A stretch of 64,000 nucleotides of DNA from Candidatus Bathyarchaeia archaeon (GCA_038883795.1 JAVZLK010000002.1:64001-128000); one strand, 5' to 3'; counted from the stretch's first letter, positions 49,012-59,874 are shown. The notes: generated by a model not told the origin, from the sequence alone. Program-made: numbers and translations.

Positions 49012-49023
49012 GAGTGCGTAATT

Positions 49024-49251
49024 TTGCCAGTCAAAACTTGGAAGACGCATCCAGCCTACTACGTTCTATTAGAAGTCTTAAAAAAGAAGGGCGCCATGAC
49101 GGATACTGAGCTCTTTGAAGTTTTAAGCGAGGAGTTTAAGGATTTAGGCTTCAAGGATTTCAACGAGTTTCTTATGAGGTTGGAGGTTGCTGGAAAAATA
49201 CGAACAACCTCTATGGTTCGTGGAAAAAGAAGAGTTGAACTTATAACATAA
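49024..49251 (+). CDS. small winged-helix hypothetical protein
   Basis: MTDTELFEVL...FNEFLMRLEVAGKI; directly downstream of cdc48. Confidence 0.7.
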   Translation: MPVKTWKTHPAYYVLLEVLKKKGAMTDTELFEVLSEEFKDLGFKDFNEFLMRLEVAGKIRTTSMVRGKRRVELIT

Positions 49252-49282
49252 GCATTTAACTTCAAACTTTTTATGTGTAATC

Positions 49283-50515
49283 ATGGAAAACCTTTCAGAT
49301 GCCATAGTCATTGGAGGCGGACCCTGCGGTTCCTTTACAGCCCTAAACCTTGCGAAGCTTAAAGTTAAGGTAAGAGTTTTTGAAGAACACGCCCAAATTG
49401 GCTTTCCAGCGCATTGTCCAGGACATGTGGCAATTAACGGTTTGAAACGTTTAGGCTTATATCCACTTCCGGAAGGCATTGTTGAGAACACTTTTTGTGG
49501 AGTTATCTTTCACTCGCCGAAAGGCAGCGAATTTTCTGTCCGCTTTTCTTCACCCATAACGTGCGTTGTTAACCGTTCCCTTTTTGACAATTATATTGCA
49601 GAAATGGCGAAAAATAAAGGAGTTTTTTATCATCTAAATTCTCGTGTTGAATCCTTAATCTTTGAAGACGGTTTTGTAAAAGGAGTAAGCGTAAACCAGA
49701 ATGGAAAAGTCGAAAAATTTTTCGCTAAAATTGTGGTGGATGCTGAAGGAATTTCTTCAAAAATTCTGCGACAAGTCAACTTCTCACCCAAATATGGGCG
49801 TATGTTCGTTCATGGCGTACACGCAGAAGTTGAAAACGTTGAAAATGTGGAACAAGACAGCGTAGAAGTCTTTCTCGGCAAAGATTATGCGCCTGGTTTC
49901 TATGCATGGTTAATTCCAAAAGGCGAAGACAAAGCAAAAGTTGGGTTAGCCGCAAAGCGTGGAAATCCGAAAGATTTTCTGCAATGTTTCATGCTTAAAC
50001 ATCCAGTAGCCTCAAAAAAATTGCGTAAAGCGAAAATTTTGCATATGGCTTTTCATCCCATATCCCTTGGCGGACCAATCTCAAAAACTTATTCGAATGG
50101 TTTTTTGGCTGTTGGCGATGCAGCTTCTCAAGTTAAGCCGACAACTGGCGGCGGCGTAATTTTTGGGCTTTCATGTGCAAGGATTGCTGCTGAGGTTGCA
50201 TATGAAGCCTTGCAGAGAAATGATTTTTCTTCAAAATTTCTAAGTGTATACGCCCAGCGCTGTAAAGAAAATTTTGGTTTTGACATGAAGGTTATGCTTA
50301 AAGTTAGGAAGATACTTAACGGTTTGTCTGACGAGAAACTTGACGAAGCTATCAGTTTATGTGAAAGGCTGAATTTAAACAAGACTTTAAATAAAATTGA
50401 AGAAATAGACTTTCAAGGGAAAACCCTTTTGAAACTTCTGCCGAATCCGAGGGTTTTGCCAATTATCCTTCGTTTCGTTTTTCTTTATATCTCTGCAACT
50501 TTTATGGAGCAGTAG
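49283..50515 (+). CDS. geranylgeranyl reductase-family flavoprotein
   Basis: GGGPCG, DAEG, PGFYAWLIP, VGDAASQVKPTTGGG. Confidence 0.88.
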   Translation: MENLSDAIVIGGGPCGSFTALNLAKLKVKVRVFEEHAQIGFPAHCPGHVAINGLKRLGLYPLPEGIVENTFCGVIFHSPKGSEFSVRFSSPITCVVNRSLFDNYIAEMAKNKGVFYHLNSRVESLIFEDGFVKGVSVNQNGKVEKFFAKIVVDAEGISSKILRQVNFSPKYGRMFVHGVHAEVENVENVEQDSVEVFLGKDYAPGFYAWLIPKGEDKAKVGLAAKRGNPKDFLQCFMLKHPVASKKLRKAKILHMAFHPISLGGPISKTYSNGFLAVGDAASQVKPTTGGGVIFGLSCARIAAEVAYEALQRNDFSSKFLSVYAQRCKENFGFDMKVMLKVRKILNGLSDEKLDEAISLCERLNLNKTLNKIEEIDFQGKTLLKLLPNPRVLPIILRFVFLYISATFMEQ

Positions 50516-50538
50516 ATAAATAGGTTGTTAAAGGAGTA

Positions 50539-51485
50539 CTATGCATACTTATTTAGCCATTGAGCCAAAACATTTTCTAAATCGTTAACTATGTTAATCG
50601 TATTCTCTAATCTTATTGCATTGAAGGGAGTAGCAAACGATTCAAGAACTTCGAATGCTAAATGTTGCAATTTTTGAAAGGATGTTTGGTTTAGTTCCTT
50701 AAAAGCAGCTAATGGCTTAGAATAGTTAGCAGATGACTCTGCTTCTGCTATTAAATTTTCTAGGACAGACCTTACGGTAGGTCCTCCCTGGCATGATTTC
50801 CACTGAATAAAGGTATAACACATAAATCTATCAATTATATAAAGTGGTTTCCTATACCCGCTAAGTTCTGGGTTTAGGGCATCAACCCTTTTAGACCATG
50901 ATAATATGCATACTCCATTTCATTGAAAAAACCTTTAATCAAAGCTTTAATATTAAATTCGTTAGGTTCGGTTTCTCGGAGTCCATGTCGATATGTCAAT
51001 AAGAGAAATGAAATGCTGGTAGCTCTATCGATGCCGAACTTAAATAGACTTAAGGCGTAACCGGTGCCTTCTAGATTTTTCTGTAAGCTAGACTGCAATA
51101 AATTGTAATAATATGCATTCCCTACAGCTGAGGCTATGAGAGTAACAAGTACAGCAACCAAGAAAATGTTTCTAGTTTTCTTCGTTTTCCATTTGGAGGG
51201 TGAAATTGGCAAATGTGGATGTTCTTCCACTCCACTCATTAGATTTACTGCAGCAATTCCTATGCTGGAGAGTTCGTATTTGCCGTTTTCTGAATGCCTA
51301 ATCAATTCACCCAAGTTTTCAATGTGATAACTCAGATGCCCACTGTCAATGGAAAGGATGTTCAAAATTTCTGAGAAACTCATTTGCTTGCCCACTAACA
51401 TTCTAAGTATCTTTCTTCGTATAGGATGTTTGAGTGACCTAAAAATCAAAGAATATGTTTCTTCCTCCATTTTTTCCGCACACAT
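50539..51485 (-). pseudogene. ArsR-HTH plus TM protein apparently frameshifted near 50880
   Basis: LKHPIRRKIL HTH ORF stops at 50874; the downstream frame is open across the stop (ALNPELSGYRK...MCYT). Confidence 0.55.
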
Positions 51486-51689
51486 TGTTTCCTTTCCTCA
51501 TTTTTTATGAGTTTAAATGGAAAGAAAAGGGTTTTTATGAAGAAAACTTTACAAAAAACTGTAAAGAAAACTTCACTTAAAATGGTAAGACTCCTTGCTA
51601 CTCCATGGTAGATACCAAAGTTAAATCTAAACATCTGCAAATCCTTAAAATCCTCGAGCGACAAAATGGAGTAAGCGGTTGAAAGTGGC

Positions 51690-52052
51690 ATGTCGGAATT
51701 TCGTTATAAGCAAGTGCTTGTCTTTCGTTCAGATTTAAAATTAAGCAAAGGTAAGATTGCTGCTCAAGCTGGGCATGGCGCTGTTTCTGCTGCTGAAGAG
51801 GCTCGCAAAAATCAAAAAGCTTGGTGGAGCGCTTGGATGGATGAGGGGCAATGCAAAATTGTTGTTAAAGTTAAAGGTGAAAAGGAAATTTTGGAGTTAG
51901 AAAAAGAGGCGAAGACTTTGGCTTTGCCATGCGCACTAATCATAGATAGGGGCTTAACAGAAGTTCCGCCTGGAACCATAACCTGTTTGGGTATTGGTCC
52001 TGCGCCATCCGAAATTATCGATAAACTGACTGGGAAGCTTCCTCTTCTTTAA
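51690..52052 (+). CDS. pth2: peptidyl-tRNA hydrolase Pth2
   Basis: YKQVLV, KGKIAAQAGH, DRGLTEV, GIGP. Confidence 0.95.
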   Translation: MSEFRYKQVLVFRSDLKLSKGKIAAQAGHGAVSAAEEARKNQKAWWSAWMDEGQCKIVVKVKGEKEILELEKEAKTLALPCALIIDRGLTEVPPGTITCLGIGPAPSEIIDKLTGKLPLL

Positions 52053-52066
52053 GGAAGGCGAAAGGT

Positions 52067-53443
52067 TTGTTTGTTCCTAACCTTGAGAAACTTATGGGCA
52101 TGGAAGTTTATGCCACAAGTTCTTTAGGTATTGGTGGAGCTATTAGGCATTGTGTTGATGATTTTATTGTTGAGGAAATCCTTGTTGACGGTTCTAGAGC
52201 GGAAGTAAAATGTTCTGGTATGCCCAAAGCGTTAGGTTCTTCGGCAGAGAGGAAACGTTATCTTTTATGTGTTTTGGTCAAACGAAATTGGGACACTTTT
52301 TTAGCCATAAAAACCATAGCCAAGCAACTCGGCCTAAGCCCAAACAATATTCATTTTGCTGGCATAAAAGATGCTAAAGCGGTTACCGCCCAATTCATTA
52401 CGGTTGATGGTGTTTCAGCCTATGAAATTCGAAAGACTAAAGTTAAAGATATAAAAATCCATCCAGTAGGCTATCTTCGCCACAAGCTTTCCACATACTA
52501 TCTCTTTGGAAATAATTTCAACATAACCATTAGAGCCATAAGCCACTCCAAATCATCCATCAAAAAGCGTATAGAAAAGACCATCGGAGAACTTGAGACT
52601 ATTGGTGGGATTCCAAATTTTTTCGGCCACCAACGTTTCGGCACAGTTCGCCCTATAACGCATACTATTGGAAAAGCCCTCGTCAAAGGAAACTTCAAAA
52701 AGGCCGTGATGCTTTTCTTGGCTAAACCAAGCCCTTACGAGCATTCAGAATCCAGAAAAGCTCGAGAACTGCTGCAAAAGACACAAGATTTTAATCAAGC
52801 ATTGAAAAGCTTTCCAAAACAGTTGCATTATGAACGTTTAATGCTTGAGCATCTGGCACGAAAACCGCAAGATTTTTTGGGAGCCTTTAAACGTTTGCCC
52901 ATCAAGCTTCGAGAGCTTTTTCCTCAAGCTTATCAAGCCTACCTTTTCAACAAATTCCTAAGCAAAAGAATTCTAGAAGGGCTTTCGTTAAATAAGGCTG
53001 AAGTGGGTGATTATGTTGTTAGTGTGCAGCGTTCTGGATTGCCATTATTAACAATGTATAAAGTTGTGAAGGCTGAAACTTGTGCAGAAATTAATGAGGC
53101 AATGAAGGCTGGAAAAATGCAGTTAGCTCTTCCTCTAATAGGTTTTAAACAGAAGTCTTCACAGGGTGTTCAAGGAGAAATTGAAAAACAAATTTTAGAG
53201 GAGGAAGGCATAACTTTTGAAAATTTTAAAATCAGTTTAATGCCAGAGGTAAGCTCGAAAGGTGAACTGCGAACCGCTTTAACTCCGCTAAACAATTTTC
53301 AACTAAAAGAAGTTTCCGCTGATGCAGCTAATCCATCCAAAAACATGGCAAAAATAAGCTTTGCGTTGCATCGGGGTTCGTATGCAACCGTACTCTTAAG
53401 AGAGATTATGAAACCACGTAATCTGTTAAAGGCTGGATTTTAA
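52067..53443 (+). CDS. truD: tRNA pseudouridine(13) synthase TruD
   Basis: DFIVEE, AGIKDAKAVTAQ, PNFFGHQRFG, GSYATVLLRE. Confidence 0.95.
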   Translation: MFVPNLEKLMGMEVYATSSLGIGGAIRHCVDDFIVEEILVDGSRAEVKCSGMPKALGSSAERKRYLLCVLVKRNWDTFLAIKTIAKQLGLSPNNIHFAGIKDAKAVTAQFITVDGVSAYEIRKTKVKDIKIHPVGYLRHKLSTYYLFGNNFNITIRAISHSKSSIKKRIEKTIGELETIGGIPNFFGHQRFGTVRPITHTIGKALVKGNFKKAVMLFLAKPSPYEHSESRKARELLQKTQDFNQALKSFPKQLHYERLMLEHLARKPQDFLGAFKRLPIKLRELFPQAYQAYLFNKFLSKRILEGLSLNKAEVGDYVVSVQRSGLPLLTMYKVVKAETCAEINEAMKAGKMQLALPLIGFKQKSSQGVQGEIEKQILEEEGITFENFKISLMPEVSSKGELRTALTPLNNFQLKEVSADAANPSKNMAKISFALHRGSYATVLLREIMKPRNLLKAGF

Positions 53444-54195
53444 AATAGTATGGAGAGGCATGTTAAGGCACCTTCTCCCTTGCGAAATTCAGACATCTCC
53501 AATTCAATCACAGAAAATCCCGCCGCTTCTACCATTTTCTTAGTTTTAGGATAGCCCTTCGCCATCAAAACTGTCCCATTTATGGCAAGACAATCCGCAG
53601 CATACTCCTCGTCTTTCGGGACAACAATTTTCTCATAATCTCGCATTATGTCCAAATCAAAGTATCCCTTCGAGAGGACGACATAATTGTTTCCAAGATA
53701 GGTACAAGCAGACTTTAAGTGAAGCACGTTTCGAACTTTCACTGGAACCACCTCTACATCACTTCCGTTCAAAATTTTCCTAAGTTGATGTATCGCTTGG
53801 AGGTTGGTTCTTTGGGAAAGTCCAACAAAAATCTTGTCTTCGATTTTTAGGGCGTCCCCGCCGTCGATGGTGGCTGGAGGCTTGATGTAGTAGGTTTCCT
53901 TTAGTTTTTCCAATACTTTGGCGACTTCAATCACTTCTGGTTTTCGGGATTTTATTTTCATGTTGCATATTATCGCCTTCTCTCTGATTATTATCGCTGT
54001 ATCTTCGACAAAACAACTGTCAGGAAGCGTATCATCGCCTTTCACCCAAACGAGTTTCAAACCGAGCCTTTCTAAAGTTTTGCAGTATTCTGCGTGTTGC
54101 TTTTTTGCAAGTGCCACATCTATTCTTTCGACATTTGTCCTAACACATTGGTCATAAGAATTTGGTACTGGTCTTACTATAGCGTACTTAACCAT
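53440..54195 (-). CDS. dimethylargininase (DDAH)/amidinotransferase-family protein
   Basis: PDSCFVEDTA, IDGGD, LHLKS, GALTCLS. Confidence 0.88.
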   Translation of the reverse strand: MVKYAIVRPVPNSYDQCVRTNVERIDVALAKKQHAEYCKTLERLGLKLVWVKGDDTLPDSCFVEDTAIIIREKAIICNMKIKSRKPEVIEVAKVLEKLKETYYIKPPATIDGGDALKIEDKIFVGLSQRTNLQAIHQLRKILNGSDVEVVPVKVRNVLHLKSACTYLGNNYVVLSKGYFDLDIMRDYEKIVVPKDEEYAADCLAINGTVLMAKGYPKTKKMVEAAGFSVIELEMSEFRKGEGALTCLSILF

Positions 54196-54210
54196 AAGCT
54201 CACACTAGGT

Positions 54211-55383
54211 TCATTTAATTGCCTTTTCTGCATTTTCAATTAACGTTTGTTTCTTATCAAGTGGTACCGTTACGTTTGCGGCATATTGATGTCCATCAGC
54301 AACGCCAAAACCCTCTGAAGCCTTGTCCAAAAGGTTTACTGCGCCTGGAAGCTTTCCATTATCGATTAAAGATTGCAAGGTTTTTGGCACTCGAACCGAA
54401 GCTTTAACAAACTTTTCCTTCAGCGTTCCCCATCCTGGAATCTCTGATGGAACATTTACAAAACCAAAAATGTATTTGTTGGGTTTTACTAGGCGTGTTT
54501 GGTAAGCCAAGAAAGAACAGAATTGTCCAATAACTTTTGTGCCCATGCCAGCATACATGTCTCCAGCATCAAACCACTGAATGTGATCTGTTTCCTTCAA
54601 CCTTTCACGGTAAAGCCTTCCCAAAAGGTGACGGTTAGCCTCCTTACGCTTATTCTCTAACGCATTGATCTTTTCTTCAACTTCTTTGCTTAATCCTTCT
54701 AAGCAAGCGTTTACGCCAATTTCTGGACCCCCCTCATAATATCCTACAGCGCCCAAAATCTGAAGCTTGGCGAAAAGGGAGTCCAAGCGAGTTTTAAATT
54801 TGGTTATCTCGTAGCTTTTGCCCTTCTGCTGAATAATTCCATTTTTACATGCTTCTTCCAATACCATCTTATTTATTCCCATAAAGCCTTCTGGAATTTC
54901 GCAACTTCCAACCAGAGCCAAATAACCTAAATCCACATTTGTTTGGTTTAATGTTTTTGTGAATAAGTAGCAGCATGTTGCTCCAGAAAAGTCCGTTTCG
55001 CCCCTAAATCCATAGTTTTCAAGGTTTAAATCAAAAACTTGTGGGTCTGTGGCTGGTTTTGGGTCGTGATGGTCCAATATTATTGTTAGGTTTTTGCCCT
55101 TATTGTATTCGGATATCATGTCTGCGTGGGATGAGCCAATATCCACATAAAAAATTGTTTGACCCGTTTTTGAGTGTAAGTCTTCGATGACTTCTATGTA
55201 GACCTTTTCTAGGCAGAATGTTTTTGGCTTTATTTCTTCGCGTTCTAAAGCCTTTTTTGTTATTGCTGCTGAGCATAAACCGTCAGCGTCGTCATGATGG
55301 ACTATTATGGCTTCTCGCGGCTTTTTAGCCCTCAACTCCTCAATCGCTTGTTTTGCTTTTTTTTCAAAATCTTGAAGTTGCAT
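54211..55383 (-). CDS. DHH-family phosphoesterase (RecJ-like)
   Basis: HHDDADG, DIGS, LDHH, DGH. Confidence 0.82.
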   Translation of the reverse strand: MQLQDFEKKAKQAIEELRAKKPREAIIVHHDDADGLCSAAITKKALEREEIKPKTFCLEKVYIEVIEDLHSKTGQTIFYVDIGSSHADMISEYNKGKNLTIILDHHDPKPATDPQVFDLNLENYGFRGETDFSGATCCYLFTKTLNQTNVDLGYLALVGSCEIPEGFMGINKMVLEEACKNGIIQQKGKSYEITKFKTRLDSLFAKLQILGAVGYYEGGPEIGVNACLEGLSKEVEEKINALENKRKEANRHLLGRLYRERLKETDHIQWFDAGDMYAGMGTKVIGQFCSFLAYQTRLVKPNKYIFGFVNVPSEIPGWGTLKEKFVKASVRVPKTLQSLIDNGKLPGAVNLLDKASEGFGVADGHQYAANVTVPLDKKQTLIENAEKAIK

Positions 55384-55398
55384 GAGTAACGCCTCTTT

Positions 55399-55932
55399 TT
55401 AGCCTATTGTTTTTAGGATGTCTGACCGCGTTATTATCCCCACAATCTCTTTGCCCCTTGCCACTAATATTCCTTGATGTCTCTCAAGCAGTGGGCGGAC
55501 GGCGTCTATGGGCATTTCTTCCGACACTGTTGGCAAGGGTGGACCCATAACGTTTTTTACCTTTTCCTTTGCTATGTTTGAGCTTAAGTTTCTGATTATG
55601 CTTTCTTCTGTTATTGTTCCAACAACTCTGTTTCCGTTCAGCACGGGCATCTGCGAGATGGCATTTCTCACCATAATCTCGCTTACTTTTAAAATGTTGT
55701 TGTTTGGTCTCGCAAAGAGGACGCCTTCGGTCATTATGTCTTTGCACTTTTTCTTTTTTCCTTCCGTCAAAACTTCTAAGATTTTGTTGATTGTGGAAAG
55801 TCTCGGATCAACTTTCTCTTGTTCTATTTTTGCTATGTGGGCTTGTGATACGCCGACAAGTTCTGCAAGCCTTTTCTGGGTTAAGCCAGCCTCAAGTCTT
55901 AGTTTTCTAATGAGGGAGCCTGTCACCGCCAA
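55399..55932 (-). CDS. XRE HTH plus CBS-pair transcriptional regulator
   Basis: LTQKRLAELVGVSQAHIAKIE..DPRLST, two CBS motifs. Confidence 0.9.
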   Translation of the reverse strand: MAVTGSLIRKLRLEAGLTQKRLAELVGVSQAHIAKIEQEKVDPRLSTINKILEVLTEGKKKKCKDIMTEGVLFARPNNNILKVSEIMVRNAISQMPVLNGNRVVGTITEESIIRNLSSNIAKEKVKNVMGPPLPTVSEEMPIDAVRPLLERHQGILVARGKEIVGIITRSDILKTIG

Positions 55933-56015
55933 AATATAACCACCAGTTATTTTCTTTTATAAATTAATACAGTAAATTATATATTTGTTTTGCGCATACA
56001 TCCCTAAACTTCACT

Positions 56016-57239
56016 GTGGAAAGGTTTACCATGCGGAACATAATAGTAGAAGACCTAAAACAGACGCCCTTGGAAAGACAGCGCATAGAAATAGTGGAAA
56101 GAAAAGGTCTTGGACATCCGGATTATATCTGTGATGCTGTGATGGACCAGATTTCCATAAACCTAAGCAAAGAATACTTGGAAAAGGCTGGTTTAATCCT
56201 CCATCATAACGTTGACAAATCTCTTCTTGTGGCTGGAGAAGCTGAACCAAGATTTGGTGGGGGCATAGTTAAACAGCCCATGCTCTTCGTTTTCGGCGAC
56301 AGGGCAACATCGGAATTTAACGGTACAAAAATAGACGTTAAAGAAATAGCAATACGCGTTGCCAAAGAGTGGTTCAGAAAGAACATGCGCTTTGTAGACC
56401 CAGAAAAACATGTGAAATATCAAGTAGAACTCAAGCCCGGCTCTGTGGGGCTTGTGGACATTTTTAAGCGGAAAGGAAAAGTTTTAGGAGCCAATGATAC
56501 GTCTGCTGCTGTTGGATATGCGCCAATGACTAGAACAGAAAAAATAGTTTTGGAAACAGAGAAATTCCTAAACTCTCAAAACTTTAAACAGCGTTTTCCG
56601 GAATCGGGTGAAGACATAAAGGTTATGGGTTTCAGAGTAAACAACACCCTAAACCTTACAATTTCCATGGCTTTTGTCGACCGCTTCATAAACAGCGAAG
56701 AAGAATACTTCGAAAAGAAAGCAAAAATTCTCGAAGAAACAGAAAAATTCGTCAAGGCAAACACAGACTTTGAAACAGTTAACATTCAACTAAACACTTT
56801 GGACGCTCGTGGAAGAGGCTTAGGAGGCTTATACCTAACAGTTTTGGGCACAAGCGCAGACAGCGGCGACTCAGGACAGGTTGGAAGGGGTAACCGTGTA
56901 AACGGCTTAATATCCCTAAACAGACCCTTCTGTTCCGAAGCCGCAGCAGGCAAAAACCCAGTAAGTCACGTTGGAAAAATCTATAACGTTTTAACCTACA
57001 AAATAGCCCAACACGTTTACGATGAAGTGCCTGAAGTTGAAGAAGTTTACATTTGGTTGCTGAGTAAAATTGGAAGCCCCATTGACCAGCCTGAAGTGGC
57101 AGCAGCACAAGTTATAATGAAGGGCAACAACGCCATAGAAAAGGTTAGACGCGAAATAAGCGATGTGCTAAACTACGAGCTGGAAAATATAGACAAATTC
57201 TGCATGGAGCTTGCCGAAGGAAAAATTCAAACATATTAA
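56016..57239 (+). CDS. mat: archaeal S-adenosylmethionine synthetase
   Basis: ERKGLGHPD, ANDTS, GEDIKVMG, GRGNR, GKNPVSHVGKIYN. Confidence 0.95.
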   Translation: MERFTMRNIIVEDLKQTPLERQRIEIVERKGLGHPDYICDAVMDQISINLSKEYLEKAGLILHHNVDKSLLVAGEAEPRFGGGIVKQPMLFVFGDRATSEFNGTKIDVKEIAIRVAKEWFRKNMRFVDPEKHVKYQVELKPGSVGLVDIFKRKGKVLGANDTSAAVGYAPMTRTEKIVLETEKFLNSQNFKQRFPESGEDIKVMGFRVNNTLNLTISMAFVDRFINSEEEYFEKKAKILEETEKFVKANTDFETVNIQLNTLDARGRGLGGLYLTVLGTSADSGDSGQVGRGNRVNGLISLNRPFCSEAAAGKNPVSHVGKIYNVLTYKIAQHVYDEVPEVEEVYIWLLSKIGSPIDQPEVAAAQVIMKGNNAIEKVRREISDVLNYELENIDKFCMELAEGKIQTY

Positions 57240-57304
57240 CTTGAAACGTTTTTGAGTTTTTAATTGTAAGGCTTATTACTCTCCATTCTTAGGTATGATT
57301 AGAG

Positions 57305-58324
57305 TTGAAGTTTATGAAGGCTTGGGAAGCTGCTAGAAATGCTTTAGAATGCGTACTAGAATCCAAAAAGGGCGAAAGCATTATCGTTTTTTGTGATTAT
57401 GAAAAGCTTGATGTTGGTGAAGCCTTTACAAATGGCGCCCTAAACCTAGGCCTACAAACAAGACTAATACCGCTGAAAACTAGTGCGAATGTTTTTAGAA
57501 AAGAAATTCCACCCCAAATCATGGAAATTTTAACAAAATACACACCAGATATCTACATTAACCTTCTCCGCGGTTCTCGCGAAGAAACACCCTTTAGAAT
57601 AACACTCATAAAAATGGAAACAGCAGAACGCAAAGCCCGTTTGGGTCACTGTCCCGGCGTTACTTTAGACATGCTAACCCAAGGCGCTTTAGCTCTAACA
57701 GTTAAAGAGCATAGAGAAATGCAAAGTTTTGCAAAAAACCTAATCCAAAAACTGGGTGATGCAGCACACATAGAAATTACAAATCCAGCTGGCACAAAGG
57801 TTTCCCTAAACGTTGAAGGAAGACCCTTCTACACGGACACTATAATTGATTGGGAAACTATGAAGTGGATGAATTTGCCAACAGGCGAAGTTATCGTAGC
57901 GCCAGTGGAAGATTCTCTTGAAGGCACTTTTGTGTGCGACATGGCTGTGGGCGGAATAGGGCCTCTGAAAAACCCAGTTAAATTAACAATCCATAAAGGT
58001 AAAGTGGAAAACATTTTTTCTGAAGACTTGTTAACATTAGAGAAAATTAGAGATTCCTTTAAAACTGACGAGTGGTCAGATGTTGTGGGCGAGTTTGCTT
58101 TTGGAATAAATAAGAAAGCAAGGTTTGTCGAAGAGTTCCTTGAAGCGGAGAAAATGTTTGGCACAATTCACATAGCCTTCGGCAACAACTCCGACATGCC
58201 AGGCGGCAAAAACAAATCCAAGAACCACATGGACTTTCTGATTTCAAAGCCAACCGTGAAGGTTTTTGACAAAAAGGGCTCATGTATGAACGTTCTTGTT
58301 GATGGAGTTTTTCAATGCTTATAG
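57305..58324 (+). CDS. M29-like aminopeptidase
   Basis: GT, NLPTGEV, GEFAFGIN, EAEK, HIAFG, HMD. Confidence 0.8.
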   Translation: MKFMKAWEAARNALECVLESKKGESIIVFCDYEKLDVGEAFTNGALNLGLQTRLIPLKTSANVFRKEIPPQIMEILTKYTPDIYINLLRGSREETPFRITLIKMETAERKARLGHCPGVTLDMLTQGALALTVKEHREMQSFAKNLIQKLGDAAHIEITNPAGTKVSLNVEGRPFYTDTIIDWETMKWMNLPTGEVIVAPVEDSLEGTFVCDMAVGGIGPLKNPVKLTIHKGKVENIFSEDLLTLEKIRDSFKTDEWSDVVGEFAFGINKKARFVEEFLEAEKMFGTIHIAFGNNSDMPGGKNKSKNHMDFLISKPTVKVFDKKGSCMNVLVDGVFQCL

Positions 58325-58388
58325 CATGCTATTGTTAAAACACTTAAAATAGTTAAAAGTTTAAACTTAGAAAGAAAGGTGAATACGG

Positions 58389-58649
58389 TTGAGTGGAACG
58401 GAAGAAAAGCTTCCTATATCTGGTTTCTACAAGGTTGTTGATTATATTAACATTTTTAAAAGCGAAAAATGGTGGGAAGCCATAGTAGTTTTCGAATCTC
58501 TCGGGAGGCGTTCCATCGGTTTGTATTTGTGGCAGAACAGAAACGGAACATGGAAAAGAAAGCATAAATTTAACATAAGAAACTTGGAAGAATGGAATAA
58601 ACTTAAAAACGCCATAGAACAACTAACGCCAAAACTGGTTTCAAAATGA
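58389..58649 (+). CDS. small hypothetical protein
   Basis: Trp-rich beta strands followed by a C-terminal helix. Confidence 0.65.
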   Translation: MSGTEEKLPISGFYKVVDYINIFKSEKWWEAIVVFESLGRRSIGLYLWQNRNGTWKRKHKFNIRNLEEWNKLKNAIEQLTPKLVSK

Positions 58650-58755
58650 TCATTTTAGCTATTTTATGTATTTTTGATTTTGTTTTTGAATAAGAATCCA
58701 AAATTGAATAATTTTATTAATTCATAACTACACAAAAACATGAAGGGCTGATATC

Positions 58756-59166
58756 ATGGAAACCGAACAAGAAGTTGAACAAGAAGCACAAGAAGTTGAA
58801 CTTCAAGAGGCAACAAATGGAGAAGAAATCGAGCAAGAACAAGAAACTGGAGAAGAAGAGTATCAAGTTGCAGAAGAAACGCCGATGCAAAAACAAGAGG
58901 CAAAACAGAAAAACACGCACTCTAGCAATCAGGTAGAAGATAGGAGCGGCTTCATTCATGGACTTTCCGTAGGTTTAGGAATTGGGTGTATTGCAACTTT
59001 CGTCATAGTTTGGATTTCAATATTCTTTGCTCCGCAGTTGCCGTCAGTCACCTACGAAAATTTGCTTTCAATATTCATTTACCCGCTAATCTATCTATTA
59101 ACAGTGGGTTTAATAGCACTGACTGCAGGCATAGTTAGAGAATATTATTCAAAAAGCAAATTCTAA
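58756..59166 (+). CDS. membrane protein with acidic Glu/Gln-rich N-terminus
   Basis: EQEVEQEAQEVE low-complexity tail, two TM helices. Confidence 0.65.
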   Translation: METEQEVEQEAQEVELQEATNGEEIEQEQETGEEEYQVAEETPMQKQEAKQKNTHSSNQVEDRSGFIHGLSVGLGIGCIATFVIVWISIFFAPQLPSVTYENLLSIFIYPLIYLLTVGLIALTAGIVREYYSKSKF

Positions 59167-59250
59167 ATCTCTATTCTAGCCTTTTCTCTCTGCATTATTA
59201 AAAACAATAATAATTTAATAATTGATGGTTTAATCTATGATTGTGAAATC

Positions 59251-59874
59251 ATGTCCTACGCATTTAAGCAAATTTTAGAAAAAATAGCGGGTGAAAAAGC
59301 TCCAGGTCCATCTCCAACTTTTTCGCTTTTTCATATGTTAAATGCCATAGAAGTTATAGCTAAACAACCCATCGGTCGTGGCATGTTAGCTGAAAATTTG
59401 AAAGTTGGGGAAGGAGCTGTGCGCACTATAATAAGTCGACTGCAAAAAGCTGGTTTAATCACAGTTTCCAAGGCCGGATGCGTTCTTACAAAAAAGGGTT
59501 TAAGTTTATGGAAAGAGTATAAGGCAATCTTTAAAGAGAAAATAAAGATTGAGAAAAATGAGTTGACGCTTGCAGAGTATAATTTTGCAATTTTGCTAAA
59601 AAATCATGCGCATAAGGTTAAATCTGGTATGGAGCAACGGGATGCTGCCGTGATGGTGGGAGCGAAAAGTGCCACGACGCTGCTTTTTAGGGGGCAACGC
59701 TTAATCATTCCATCAGTTAGCAGCAATGTGGCTGAAGATTTTCCAAAGGCTGCAAGTCAGATTTTGAAACTTCTAAAGCCAGAGGAGAACGATGTTATAA
59801 TTATTGTTGGTGCTGATGCTCCAGAAAAAGCTCACTATGGAGCTTTAGCGGCGGCGTGGGTTTTGCTTAATTAG
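59251..59874 (+). CDS. winged-helix protein (DUF4443-like C-domain)
   Basis: IGRGMLAENLKVGEGAVRT, GMEQRDAAV..GA. Confidence 0.7.
   Translation: MSYAFKQILEKIAGEKAPGPSPTFSLFHMLNAIEVIAKQPIGRGMLAENLKVGEGAVRTIISRLQKAGLITVSKAGCVLTKKGLSLWKEYKAIFKEKIKIEKNELTLAEYNFAILLKNHAHKVKSGMEQRDAAVMVGAKSATTLLFRGQRLIIPSVSSNVAEDFPKAASQILKLLKPEENDVIIIVGADAPEKAHYGALAAAWVLLN

Noticed and set aside
50866-50897. Possible second BHB intron at the HTH-TM gene split (AGGG/CCCT hairpin)
   Set aside because: The central helix has a mismatch, and canonical cutting would remove 21 nt, which does not join the two frames.
58756-58900. CAAGAAG repeats
   Set aside because: Explained by the Glu/Gln-rich coding sequence.
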